This document shows positions 51,631-64,000 of a stretch of 64,000 nucleotides of DNA, piece by piece. The stretch comes from Phoronis australis (lineage: Eukaryota > Animalia > Phoronida). Positions within the stretch are counted from its first letter, which is position 1. Each line of letters starts with the position of its first letter. Made by a program: the position numbers and the translations under genes. The notes under the pieces were generated by a model. The model was not told the DNA's origin. It was given only the letters and a program-made list of their open reading frames with translations, and ran no database searches. The stretch is from positions 664,860 through 728,859 of the forward strand of contig NMRA01000142.1 in the NCBI GenBank assembly GCA_002633005.1, written 5' to 3'.

Positions 51631-52849
51631 CCTCAACAAATGATGTACAAATCGTTAACCTTTGTAAATAAGTATGCTTAGCCTTTCATCCTAATTAGCA
51701 TTTAGCACCGTCTTATTAAGCAGCTTAAGGTTAAAAATGTTCCATCATGAACCTAGGACCTTTGTTACAGAAATAAAGTTTATTGATTGCAGTAAGAATT
51801 CTAACAGATAAAAATGAGACAGAACACAAGTAAATGCACATTCTTGCTTGCTTGCAATTTCACAAAAAAGGAAATCAATTCATTAACTCTCACAAGTTTC
51901 TTTGTCAAGACAGCTAACGGTTTTTAACATTTACAGGAACTGAGAGATCACCTGTGATTTGTGTGGCGGCAGGCAAGATGCAAATGCCCCTTTAAATTGC
52001 TGATTGGCAACTTCACTATTGGAAACATATCGATACGCAACTTCATGATTGGTTAGTTTGAAGTTGCTTTTGTCAGCGGAGATTGGCTAGTTTGTAGCAA
52101 ATGTTGTTTTATTTGGGATACAATGTAATGACAAAGTGGAATTTCATCCACCAGTAACTGAATTTCTCTGGAAAATAAAATGTCACAGAAACGTTACCTC
52201 ACTTGGTTTGTAGGCAGCCCTTTGTTAAATTCACACACGGGCGGTTGCCGATGCTTGGTTTCACAACTAATTTTGCACACCGATCAATTACGAAGCCTAC
52301 TTACTCACTTTATTTGCATATCCCGAGTATCGGGGAGAACTTTTTTTCGCGCAAAATAAATGGAGATTACAGTACAGTCAAAACACTATCACATAACATG
52401 CGATAATTCCGGGCATTTGCAGGAATGTAGTAAGCCCTTGTACACTGAAAATGTTTGTTTTCTGCAACTAGTTTTGTCCAAAACTGAAAATTCTTAACAG
52501 TGTGAACAATCCTGGGGCTTCATTTAGAACCCAAGAGGTCCTCTTCCACACGACAGACATGGAAAAACCACCAACCATTCAAAATCTTGATAATCACAAC
52601 ACCCACTGGCAGGCAACTGGTGAAAAGAGGTACCTGAGAGAGTGCTAAAAGATGAGCACTAGGCGAGAAAATACCGCTTTCACTCTAACCCGAGACGATA
52701 CGCAAGAGGGATACATACTCACCAAGCTGGCAACATCTCACTAACAGTTACCACAATGGGAAAAATCTCTGAGAAATCTCTCTGAGAAATCTTCACACAG
52801 TACTCACATATGTAACAGTTACTACATTCGACATAAAAGCCAGCCTTAC

Positions 52850-52966
52850 CTGTCTGGTATTGACAACAGGTAACACCACGGCTATAGCAGCGCCATGGAA
52901 CATGTGCATACTCAGTCTGAACATCATCATAACAAACTTGCTCGGTGGCGCCATCAGCAGGAATAT
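52850..52966 (-). CDS. TMEM164: TMEM164 internal exon (117 nt); upstream exon(s) not found in the window
   Basis: IFLLMAPPSKFVMMMFRLSMHMFHGAAIAVVLPVVNTRQ; acceptor TTTTCCAG and donor GTAAGG, phase 0 to 0. Confidence 0.93.
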
Positions 52967-53301
52967 CTGGAAAACAAAAGAATGCTTCGAGTAGTAATAT
53001 CCAATGATATGTTACACTCCAAGATCTTAAGGGTCTCTTAACACCATTTACAATAGGTAGGCAAACATAAGTCTAGCGTTGTCAGCCTGCTTGAAGTTTA
53101 GCACAGTGCATATTCAGAGTGGCTACATCAATTTACCAAAAATTCAAAAACAACCAATTTTCACGGCAAAAAAGCCACAGAGTCTCCTGAATGTTATACA
53201 AAAATGTACTTTAATCTTTAGTATGCACGATTAAAATTTGCAAGACTCTCAGTGGAATTAAACTACCGTTAAAAAACTTGGACTAATATTTCTGGTAAAA
53301 G

Positions 53302-53560
53302 ACCAGAGGTAATGACATCAATTCATACACCACCAGAGGTAATGACATCATCAATTCATACACCACCAGAGGTAATGACATCATCAATTCATACACCACC
53401 AGAGGTCATGACATCATCAATTCTTACACCACCAGAGGCAATGACATCATCAATTCACAGTATCGCCACCAGAGGTCATGACATCATCAATTCTTACACT
53501 ACCAGAGGCAATGACATCATCGATTCATACACCACCAGAGGTAATGACATCATCAATTCA
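53302..53560. repeat. 33-bp minisatellite, ~8 copies
   Basis: Unit caccagaggtaatgacatcatcaattcatacac. Confidence 0.95.
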
Positions 53561-56500
53561 AACATGAGAATAAGCGTAAATGTGAGAACGAATTATGGGA
53601 TATAATCCAGTGTTCCTGTACCATAATCAGAGATTTTTCATTTCAAGTGCAAGGCTAATGTCTTGGAACTGCAGAATGCAGTCCCAATCAATAAGCACTC
53701 TTTGATTCATTTATCAATAAGCAATGCTACCCTGTGAAGAAGTTCAACCAGTTGTTCTCAAATGGCTACTCTAATGTTTGTCTATCACAAACAAACAATA
53801 AATATTCTACTCACAACTCGATCACGGCTCATTAAATGAATTGGAGAATCACAATTAAGCAACTAATCAATAGCAACCCTGAGATGCGACAAAGCTCTTC
53901 AGTGTTATGCCAGCATGAAAGAGAATTCTTCTGAACCACGATTTTGGTGGCAAAACAGGCAATTTCTTTCCTTCTCAGACAATTTCTGTAGCGTAAATCA
54001 CTTGAACATCCTACTACACAGCAGTGCCGGAAATCCGACAGCATGATGATTGTAAAGAATTACTGAAAAAAACACTATGAAGCTTTACTGGGTTAAATCC
54101 CTCTCCAAGACACAAGTGAAATGTAGGTGGGGGTGAACGGACTCTACAGAATATTTCTTTTTACATATTTCACGTTGTCACTGACACATCACATTTGATC
54201 GACAAATGGTAATTTAATGACTGAATCAATCCAAAACAGGTCCCCCCCNNNNNNNNNNNNNNNNNNNNNNNNTAAAGTAGTGACAAACATGACAACTCTT
54301 TATTTTTTTAACGTATTTCCTTCCAATTATCGATCTATAGTACCATGATAAGAAAAATGCGAGTGCTAAAAGCACTGAGGCAAAACCCAGCTTCGCATTT
54401 CCCTTAAGGATTAAAGGATCTACAAACTATTTTCCCCGTTAAAAACATCAATTTTTGTGGTCTTCCAAAGCAATGTCGTGACCTTCTTACCCTCTGATTG
54501 ACTTGAAACTTGTTACAATAAAGCCCCTGGAATCCTCCCTTCAGTCAGGGAGGCCTGCCACAAGCATGATGAGCCTGGGTAGAATTCAGTAACGCAAGAA
54601 CTTCGTTGAAACGCAAGATTTCACGAGATTACGTGACGTACTGCCGTGTATTTTAAATGAGAACACGTGATTTTGGCTAGATTTTAGAGTGTTCCTAGCT
54701 TAGGTTCTAGCGTTACTGAACTCTACCCTGGCCTTCTCAAGTGCTATCAGATATCACTTCTAATCAGAGTAAGGAACAATATGAGGCCTGATTTTATAGC
54801 AGCATGTGGTCTAAATTAGTGACTTATTGACAGAAGCCCTATGTATATAGCACCTTTAAATGGCCAAGTAGAGAGATAACAAACTATGCTCAACGCTAGT
54901 CTTGTATTTTTTCCCAGAGAAAATACATTAATAAAAGCGAAGAAGTGCAAAATTTTGTGAAATAACAATCGATAAAGCCAAATATTTGCGTGGAAAGCGT
55001 ATAGAATTCAATTTTTGACTTATGTTCATTAGAGTAAGATTAATATTCTATTGATTTTATCTAATTAATTGATTAACTCTAGTCACCTTATGGGAGAACT
55101 CCTTTATCAGATATTTGACTTGAAGTCATAGTCCAACCACAAAAATGCAGGATCAACATTCTAATAGTTGATACAAAAATACTAGGATTTCATTACTTTT
55201 CTTTGACTGTTCTAGAGGACATTCCATGGCGGAACAAAATCAAAGTTATACGCGGGGGGGGGGGGTGCTGTTTTATTTGTACTGTTGAAACCGATGGTAA
55301 AATGACATTGGCAAGAGTGTTTTCAGTACTTGTTCAGTGCTGGCGGTGATCAAAAATATTTCTGACATACGACAAATTAGTTCCAAAAATAATCCAGACT
55401 CCAAAAGTTTTCGAATTCCACAACTTTTCCAAGACTCATTACTGCAATTAATTTTTTCCATGCTAAACTTAAATTCTATCACTTTTTAAACACAGGGTCA
55501 ATAATTCCTGATCTTTTCCCGACAGTTAATTAATACAATAATCGTAAGATTGAGTAAAATCTAACCAGTTCAGGACACAGTATTGTGGGTTTGTGAATAT
55601 TCATTTTTTCATCTTGTTCATAAAGGTTTTAAGTTGCACCAAATAAATGATTTTTAAAGTCTATACTAATTTCACTGACCACTGGACATTAAAATAAATT
55701 TAGAAGTCATTCGAAAAATGATGAAAATGAATTTAAGATATCCTAACTTGATGAGAGGTTACCATACACATATGGTAAATCCTGTCACTTAACACCCATA
55801 TAAACATGCTTGGGCATGATCTAAACTTGGAGTGAGCTTTTTAAATACTATTAAGATTCCGCATGAGATGCAGTGACCTTTCACCAAATTCCAAACACAC
55901 TTGGCAAGAACTGGAACACATTAAACATGACTTCCAAATCAACCTTACCAGCTGTCACAAAGGATGTAATGATAACAGTCACGGCTTCCTCATTTAACAA
56001 CAAACACAAGTTTGGTCAAATATGTCTTTTAAAGAGGCTCATAATACACTTTCAAGCACCAGAAAAATTCATGTCAACACCCTCAGGGCACTTACAAGAA
56101 ATTGGGGTTGGACGCTTCACCCATAGAGGGCACTTAAATCAGAAATTTCAGGGGATGAGCGCTTAATCGAACATGAGTCACGCCTGAGCCCGACATTCGC
56201 CCTGGCCACCTTTTGGAAGTTCACAGATCCAAAATTCAGAAACTTTGTCGCAAGGCTACATAGTTGCCGATGCAAAAAACACCACTAGGAGACACTACAG
56301 TTGTAGGACCCGTCTGAAAATCAACGCCAGTTGTGCTCTTGAGAGTATAGAAATACATCTGGAAATCGCAGTTCAACCGATGAGTCAAGATGAAAAAATT
56401 ACCACTAGGTGGCGCAGCATAGCTGAGTCCGTCCCCCATTTGGAAAGGACTCGTCTTCATAATAGGCATTCTGAAGATACATAGTAGATACAAAGGTTGT

Positions 56501-59500
56501 CAGATCCCTCCAAAAGTCGTGGTCACTGGAAGTCTGACCAGACCAAAAATCAACATCAGCTGTGGTCTTGAGCAGGAACCCAAGTACACAACTCCAACTA
56601 TCATAAAGATCCTTCAGGTTTGGCAGGTAGGAAGGTGAATGCCAAAAGACAGACTCGTACAAAATAAAAATGTCCACAATGGGGGAAACAATACCTCAAA
56701 TCCATCCAAAATAGGGAAAGCCTTATTATCTTCTTAATAGAAGACATCTTGTCAAATTCATGAAAATTTGTTGAGGAACTCTGAAGATACAGAGACGGAT
56801 GTGGAATAACTATAATTGCCACCAAGGGACACGTGGTTAGTCAGATCCCTCTGCAGGACATCATCATATGCTGCCACATTCACAGATCCTTCAAAATTAC
56901 CACTGTGGGGCACTACAGTGGTCAGACTTGTAGGAACATAAATGTCAGACATGGTCTTCTTAGCAGGAACACATCCTACTAATTGACATAATGATCCCTC
57001 GAGGGCAATGGCAGAGAGGCGGATGTCAAAAACAGGCTTGTAAATAAAAAATGACGACTAAGTGAAGCCGGATATGTTGAATTCGTTAGAGTCAAAAGTA
57101 AGGACAATGCCTTGTTTGAGCTTAAATGTTGTTGCCATTGTCTTCAGGGCCGTCCGCAGTATTCTCTTAATGGTTTAATGAACTTCATTGTCATCGTCCT
57201 CACTTCTTCAGCTGATTTCGCCAAGGGTCGTTCTTCACAGCGTTTTCATTTTGTAATGTTACAATTTCCCTAAAATTACTTAATTATAAGTTCCTTGAGG
57301 CGAAACTGAAAATAGCCGCCAATTCTGTTAAGTTAGAAACGGCCAGTTCGTGGCATGTACTGGAAAATGCATTCCACTGTCTGCCATTTACTTCACTTTG
57401 ACAACACTAGCCTGGACCTCCTTCACTTCAGAGTCATGTCGGGTTTGAGAGGTATCAACCATAAATGGACCCTCATACCCAGATTACATAAACACACCAC
57501 CATCATACCAACAACTCAATATGCAACATGTCAATGACGCAATTTAACTCCTACAATAATAACGATTACAGGATTACGTAGGCGAAATTGAAGGTTCACA
57601 ATTTGACAGTTTTTAGACAAAATTGCTTTGATGTGTCAGCACGACTTTTCTTTTAAACCGTCATCCGCTTGACATAGTGTTTCATTTATGCCTCAGTTTG
57701 AACACTGAACAGTCATATTGATGTGAGATTTTCTGCCTCCCACAAGTAACACCGAGAAATCAATTTTGTTTTTTGCAAGAGAACGAGAGCGTGTTCATGT
57801 AAATGATATTAGCCGCAAGCGCTATGGCTGTTTTAAAGCCATTGCATTTATAAATAGAAAAATGTCATGCACCTGTAGTGAGACAATACAACCGAATGCG
57901 ACTCAGCAGCCCAAGTTTGGTCCATACACTCGAGAAATTGGAGCCTGAAGGTTCAATTTATGGAAAAATCAGAAAAAAATAATCCAAACATGTATAGAAT
58001 TGCTGCAAATGAATGAATTTTTACTAATAACTTTAAAAAAAAACAGCTGCACAGTATAAACCGTGTGAAAATATGAAAAAACTTTCTTATTATTTTTGTC
58101 CAGAAACGACACCAAATCCCAAGAGAAGTCTCCCATGGCCATGGTCCTGGTCCCATCATTATCAAGTTTCCGTGCATGACTGATCACGAAATAATAATGG
58201 AACTAGTTGGAAAGAGGAGCATCATTTATTTATTTATTATTTATTAACGTAATATTTACAATGAGGGTAGCCCCATCAGTTCTCATTGATTTCCATGGGG
58301 ACCCATGGTCTTATGTTCGGAATAGATCTAACTCTGCAGCTTAAACAAGAAAGGAAAGACAAGAGGTGGGCGACTCGCATAAGAGAATCTAACTTTGACG
58401 AGTGGTTGGAGGAGGGACAAGAGCGAGGGGGCATTTGGAAGAAATGTGTGCCCTAATGCCCCTAAACCTAGTTAAACTTCATGGAATAGGCAGATGTACA
58501 TCTACTGTTTATCTATTTGGTTATTCTATTTGGTTATTTTTTGGCATCTCTGCACTGCAGTCACTGAAATCTTGAAATAAAGAGACGTGACTGAGCACCC
58601 CAATGTTACTTTCAGCAGCTGGGTGGTACTGACCTCAGCATGTCGTCAGGTATTTTTTCTTTACAAGTACAGCACGGTTGATCACTTAAGTTTATTTTAC
58701 TCTAAGCTGCACCACAGTTATCTTCATCCACTGGCAAAATCGTCTCTAGAGCAGTAAAAATAAGGTACTTCCAATCATTGATCACTAGATACAAAATGCC
58801 TAATTGGAGACAATGTCACAAAAGTTATAAAACCTGGAGACATTATTTCAAAAACTTCAAAAGGGAAATTTATTAATGTATACAAGTGAGTATACTAAGC
58901 TGGTGTTACAAGGGACTTGCTTTTCAATGACACTTGTGGGCTGAATATTTTAACCATTAATTTTTACCAGACTCCAAGATCAATATAATTTTAACCTAAA
59001 AATTCTACGAAAAGATACAATTTTAAGGTTATTACCTCAACAGCCACAATAAAAACTGTAGATCAAGGTGTCCCCACAAAATTTTTTTAGAGGATTTCCT
59101 CAGATTTCCTCGGAGTATTCCACACCAATTCCACACATGTTAATTCAATGCATAATATACTACGACAATAAACACTTATAGGGGTCCCCCATTTTGAGAG
59201 CCAATTTGATGCCTGTTGAATCAGTGGAGAAAACAATGCCTGGACCCTTGAATAACTGGGGCTATTACCTAGTACAGTACAACTGCAGTGAAAGTCTCGG
59301 AAGCCCAAAGTTAGGTAGATGGCACAGTACACATTGCACCTGTGTACACCTGTAACCAGGCCCTTCTTCTAAGCTCTACTGCCTTAGCAGCAAGCTGCAC
59401 CTGAGTGACATTTTGGTTTAGACTATGGTTATTTATTTTTAGATGTCCCTAAAAAATAAAAGGTGGCTTTTTTGAGAATCATAGACCTATGTTTGCGACA

Positions 59501-60765
59501 AATGTTTAGCAAAGATGCCACATCATGTCGCCATGACATTGTAATTTCGAGGCAAATAAGAAAATCGTGGGTAAAATGTCACAAAATCTTGCTCTAGAGC
59601 AATCACTGCATCAATGTTCACAAAACTTTACAAACCCTGGTCTACCAGGTACCATTTGTCTTCCGTTTAACATCAATTTCAACTCAATATTTTAGTTTCT
59701 CGTGGAAGACTGAATGGACTTTTTTTACACCCATTTAGTCCAAAAATGGGAAAAGTGTCTCAACTTCGTTCCTTCTCATGAATGGTGGAAAAAAGCACAT
59801 ATTTTCTCCAATTAATTTCAATTCTGACAAGATTTTGATGGTTCCAGTTTCGGTTAACTAATAAAGTATAAGGTACTGACATCTGAAGTTTTGGGCAACA
59901 GAATCCAAGAATTCGACACATTTTTTTGGAGTTGTAATTTTGTATCCTCTTCTTGGTTTAAATTAAATTCATGGACTAAAGAATTGTGACATACATCCCA
60001 AAATCTTAAATTGTATAAACCCAGCCTTTGGTAAATTCAATATTTTTGAGAATAGTCGTTTGCACCTTGATGAACTTGTATCTAAACAAAAACTTAATTT
60101 AATCACTTCAGTCCCTGTTTTGTCAAGTTCAAAAGGGATGTATTTGTTGCTTATAATAACATTGAAAAATTCATCTTCCTTTAGAATGAATAGTTCTAAC
60201 AAACGCATTTACGTCAATTCTACACCTATGTAGAACATTCATCTCATTAGGCACATCTGAAATTATTTGTAAGAAAAATATTCTAACCCTCACTTATTTT
60301 ACATGACGCTACTTAGTGGGAATTTCGTGACTCCCATAATCCACACACAGCCAGTTTCCCTAAGGGATAATCGACCCAAAGCCCTGTAATTAATTCCAGT
60401 AATGCACAACTTTTTAACTCTAATAAGGGCTGAACATTGTATATTCACCAATTAATTCATCCATTCGCATAGGATATCTCATGCTGATGCAAACATAAGG
60501 TGAAGGAGGTGACCTGAATGAGTGTCACGTCACAAAGAGTCATATGTGCAAAAGGGTGTTTCACAAATCATGGGGTAAAGTGCTCTTATATTGTTGGAAC
60601 AGAATAAAGTAAATTTCTGTTAATTGGATCACACTGGTAGCCCATAGACTGTATTTTGTTAATTGGCATACAGGCAGTTGGCTAATAAACTCAGTTAACT
60701 TTGCATACCAGTTCACTATGAAGTCTGTATGACTTGACACACCCTGACAATCAGGAAACTAAAGT

Positions 60766-61260
60766 GTCTTTCATACTAACGTCGATGTGTCGATGTTTTG
60801 GGGAGTTGCGGTCAGTATGAATGGTTAACTTTGGTCCTGGAGCGAAGTTAACAGCGCCAGTTAACTTCGCACTAAAAGAAATGGATTTAATAGCGAAGCA
60901 TCGGTGCTCCTGTGCAGTATGAACGGTGAAATTTGGTCCCATCGAAGTTATCGCCAGGTGCCACTATTATCGTCAACGATTAAAGTGTGGTATAGTCGCT
61001 AAAAGGTATTACATTTTGCGCGAATAATCACCAATCGAATTGAAAATAAGTTTTATACCAATTAGCACATGTAAATGCTCCCAAATTGTCACATTTAAAA
61101 AAACCTTAGTCAGCAGCGCTAATTTGCGATTACTTCGATGACAACAGGGTCACCTACCATTTACTTCGATATCCATTAACTACCCAAGCCAGTATGAACA
61201 GTTTAGTTAACTTCGCAGTTTAAGTCGATCAGATTGGAGTTAAGTCAGTATGAAAAGGCC
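60766..61260. mobile_element. MITE with terminal inverted repeats
   Basis: gtctttcatactaac ... gtcagtatgaaaaggcc, with internal cagtatgaa and gttaacttcgc repeats. Confidence 0.55.
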
Positions 61261-63586
61261 GTTAACACTTATTTTTGCCGAATTTGTGGAGAATTAACAT
61301 ACGTCACGCCCAGCACAGTTACAACTGTTAAGTGCAAAGCAAACGTGGCAGAAATCCCTGAATATGTATTACAACAACAGATTCTTTTCCACGTGTTACC
61401 CGGAAAGACATTTCAATGGAACTGTAACCAGCATGAAACCCCAAAATTACAAGGGGTCCATTTGGCAAAATTAACAGTTACGCACAGATTTCAGGTCTTT
61501 GAGTCTATTCATAGATTACTAACACATTACACATCTTAACTGAGTTTCACTCGGATGCCAGATCAATTCAACTACCTTGGCACAGTATAGTCACTTGGTG
61601 TCAGGCTCAGTTCAAGTTTGGTGACGCGACTGTGCGTTGGAGAGGAAAAACTGTCTTCCCACGACCAACATTTAGTGCCAATTTTTGTTGGTCTGGTGCA
61701 TGAGAATAAGAATACACGAGTCTTGTTGGCCAGGATTGTTTCCATAGGTCACATGTGCAGTCATCCGCATATAATGATATATTCCACACAAATTTGACCC
61801 TACGATAAGATTATACCAATCTATGACACAATATGGTGAAATCTTATTTTCTCTTTTTTTTCATATTTAGGATATGTAGCTCCAAATGAATGCTGTCCCA
61901 TGTTGAAGTTCTCAGTCTGTGTCACATCTATCATCTGACAACATTTTGAAGTACATTAATATTCCTGGACTGCGACTTTGCATCATCAGCTCATGAAAAA
62001 ATAAAAAGGCACAAGTACACCGCAGGAATGCCCTCGGGCGCACCTTTTAAAACGCAACTCTCATTAAAAATGCAACATTCTAGTCAAATTAGTCGGGAAA
62101 ATTTGATTGCCCTTGGGGTTTTGTTTCATATGTTATCATTTTGATTGCAGTAAGTCTGCTGGGAACATTATGAAAAAGGGCACACTTTTTATCATCAGGT
62201 GTGCCCAAAGGAAACAGGTTCAAAACTGGTCAGGAATATCAGGGCTGTAAATATTTATTTGAAAATTGAAAACAGGGCATTTTGGAAATTATTACTTAAT
62301 GTTCAAAGTTGGCGAGATTTCACCGTAATGACGGACTTTTCATATTGGCGTTCTCTAGAGTAATGAAAGCGCAAAAGTGACTTCCAGATGACCCCTACTC
62401 AGATTCGGTGGACAGAAATTCCGTTATCGGTAATGCATTGTGGTTCATTATGATAGCAGAAAATTTTTGTTTATAATTATATCAGTGGCTGAAACCTCCC
62501 ATAGGCAATACATAAGATTTGTAGGTGGCACTAAACTCCTGTCAACCAAAGATCTGATCGCCGTCTGACAAGATAGTGAATTTCAATGTGGCGGGGCTAT
62601 TTCAAAAATCAGCTACTTGCATCAGATACAAATAAAAAGAAGATATTTGCGACAAGTTAGAAAGGAGAATTTATTTAGTTGCTTTCAGTTAAACTATTTT
62701 GCTTAATTAAGTATATTCGGCCAGGGCATATTTTCAGCTGATCGTGAAGTCTGCCTTAGTGCCTTTATATACCCCAAACACATTTCTTTGTCCGTTCTCT
62801 GAACTGCACTGTAAGTGACTCTCTCCCAAGTTCCTTAAACAAAGATATTTTAACTTTTGTTAGCAACGAATGTTTGTGACCCATGATGATGGTGGACAAT
62901 TCCACTAATCTACATTTTCACACCCCAGGGCTCGATTTGGCGGCCATTGCCAATGCGACCACAGATTTCGTTTGGCGACTTGGTAAAAATCTCAAGTCAC
63001 CATGAAGTCCATCAATCACACATCTAAACCCGCACTCAAAATACTACGTTAAGTAAAAAGATGGAAGTCAGAATCGCTCAGCAAAATATCAAAAGGGCTC
63101 GGTTATGAGTGAGTCATGCACAGTGTAACACGAGTTCATTCTCATCAGCCTTAGGTGGTGAGCCTGCACAGGATATTGGGCCCGAGAGGGAGACATTGGT
63201 CATTACAGAGAACGCAAGACACTCTTAATTTTCCATACAACTAAACAGACTTTTGTCTTTTTATTTGAAGTATTTTGTTTCATTTTCAGCTCTTGTAAAC
63301 TGGGTACCGTTTGTAGGGGCCAGGACTTTCGCAACTCCCGTACGAGGTTTCCCTCATTTTGGCTAACTCAGCTCCCGTTTGGCAACCTGGGAGTTTTGCC
63401 AGGTAGAATTTGGCAAGTTGACGTTAGGCTAACCCTCGAACCCTGTGGCCCCTAATTGGCTGACATTAACAGCTTGATTGACATGTCAGACCTATCTAAT
63501 AAACACGAGCTGTTGAATAAAAAATAACAGCCCCCCCCATTTAGCCTATTATTTATGTGGATCTTTGTTGCATTGGTCCTTATGAA

Positions 63587-63656
63587 TGTGTGTGTGTGTG
63601 TGTGTGTGTGTGCGCGTGGGCATGCGCGTGCGCGAGCGCGTGCGCGTTTGTGTGTG
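63587..63656. repeat. (TG)n / (CG)(TG) microsatellite
   Basis: Seen directly. Confidence 0.95.
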
Positions 63657-64000
63657 CAGGGGTGAGTGCATGGCCATTAAATATCACCTTGTTACATTTT
63701 CAATTGATTACCAATTAACATCTTTGTAACATTAAAAAATAAAGTCCGCCATATACTGTGTCTTAAATCAAAGAATTGTTAGTGCGGCAGCACTTATTCT
63801 TTTGAGAAACCAGATAAGTAAAGGAGGGTAGCAGACTTAACCCTTTCAAACCCATTCACAAGTTGTGGTCAAAGTTCATAGTAATGAGGCATTTAGTCAA
63901 GGCAGTTTTAGATTTTTCACCTTTCAGGTACACTCAGGTGTTATTTTGTTACAAATAATAGCAGCAATGCTTTTGAAGAAGATTTGTGCTCTCCAATTCT

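Noticed and set aside
53302-53560. 33-bp repeat as a CRISPR array or a repeat protein (TPPEVMTSSIH)n
   Set aside because: There are no unique spacers or cas genes, the context is eukaryotic and intronic, and the ORF arises because the unit length is a multiple of 3.

Overview
This is an AT-rich animal (probably marine invertebrate) genomic scaffold with N gaps, not prokaryotic DNA. The main feature is an apparently full-length, ~5.9 kb endogenous parvovirus on the minus strand (~2172-8069). It has an intact NS1 (HUH endonuclease plus SF3 helicase), an overlapping NS2/NP-like ORF, a chaphama/ichthama-type (Hamaparvovirinae) capsid gene carrying two nonsense codons, a TATA+Inr promoter, a polyA signal and palindromic terminal remnants. 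Unusually, it also has a densovirus-style phospholipase A2 ORF that is separate from the capsid gene and lies inside the predicted NS1 intron. Two phase-1 splice donors and three phase-1 acceptors suggest combinatorial splicing. The viral left end is fused directly to a truncated Gypsy gag lying downstream of an LTR and PBS. The rest of 1-28 kb consists of decayed transposable elements (Academ-like, ISL2EU/Harbinger-like, hAT, BEL/Pao, L1/Tx1, Penelope with a hammerhead ribozyme) and a 133-bp satellite. The last four coding exons of host TMEM164 lie at 35.8-53 kb on the minus strand. Several tandem duplications are joined exactly at Ns and are probably assembly artefacts. All calls come from manual reading and motif recognition; no database search was run.
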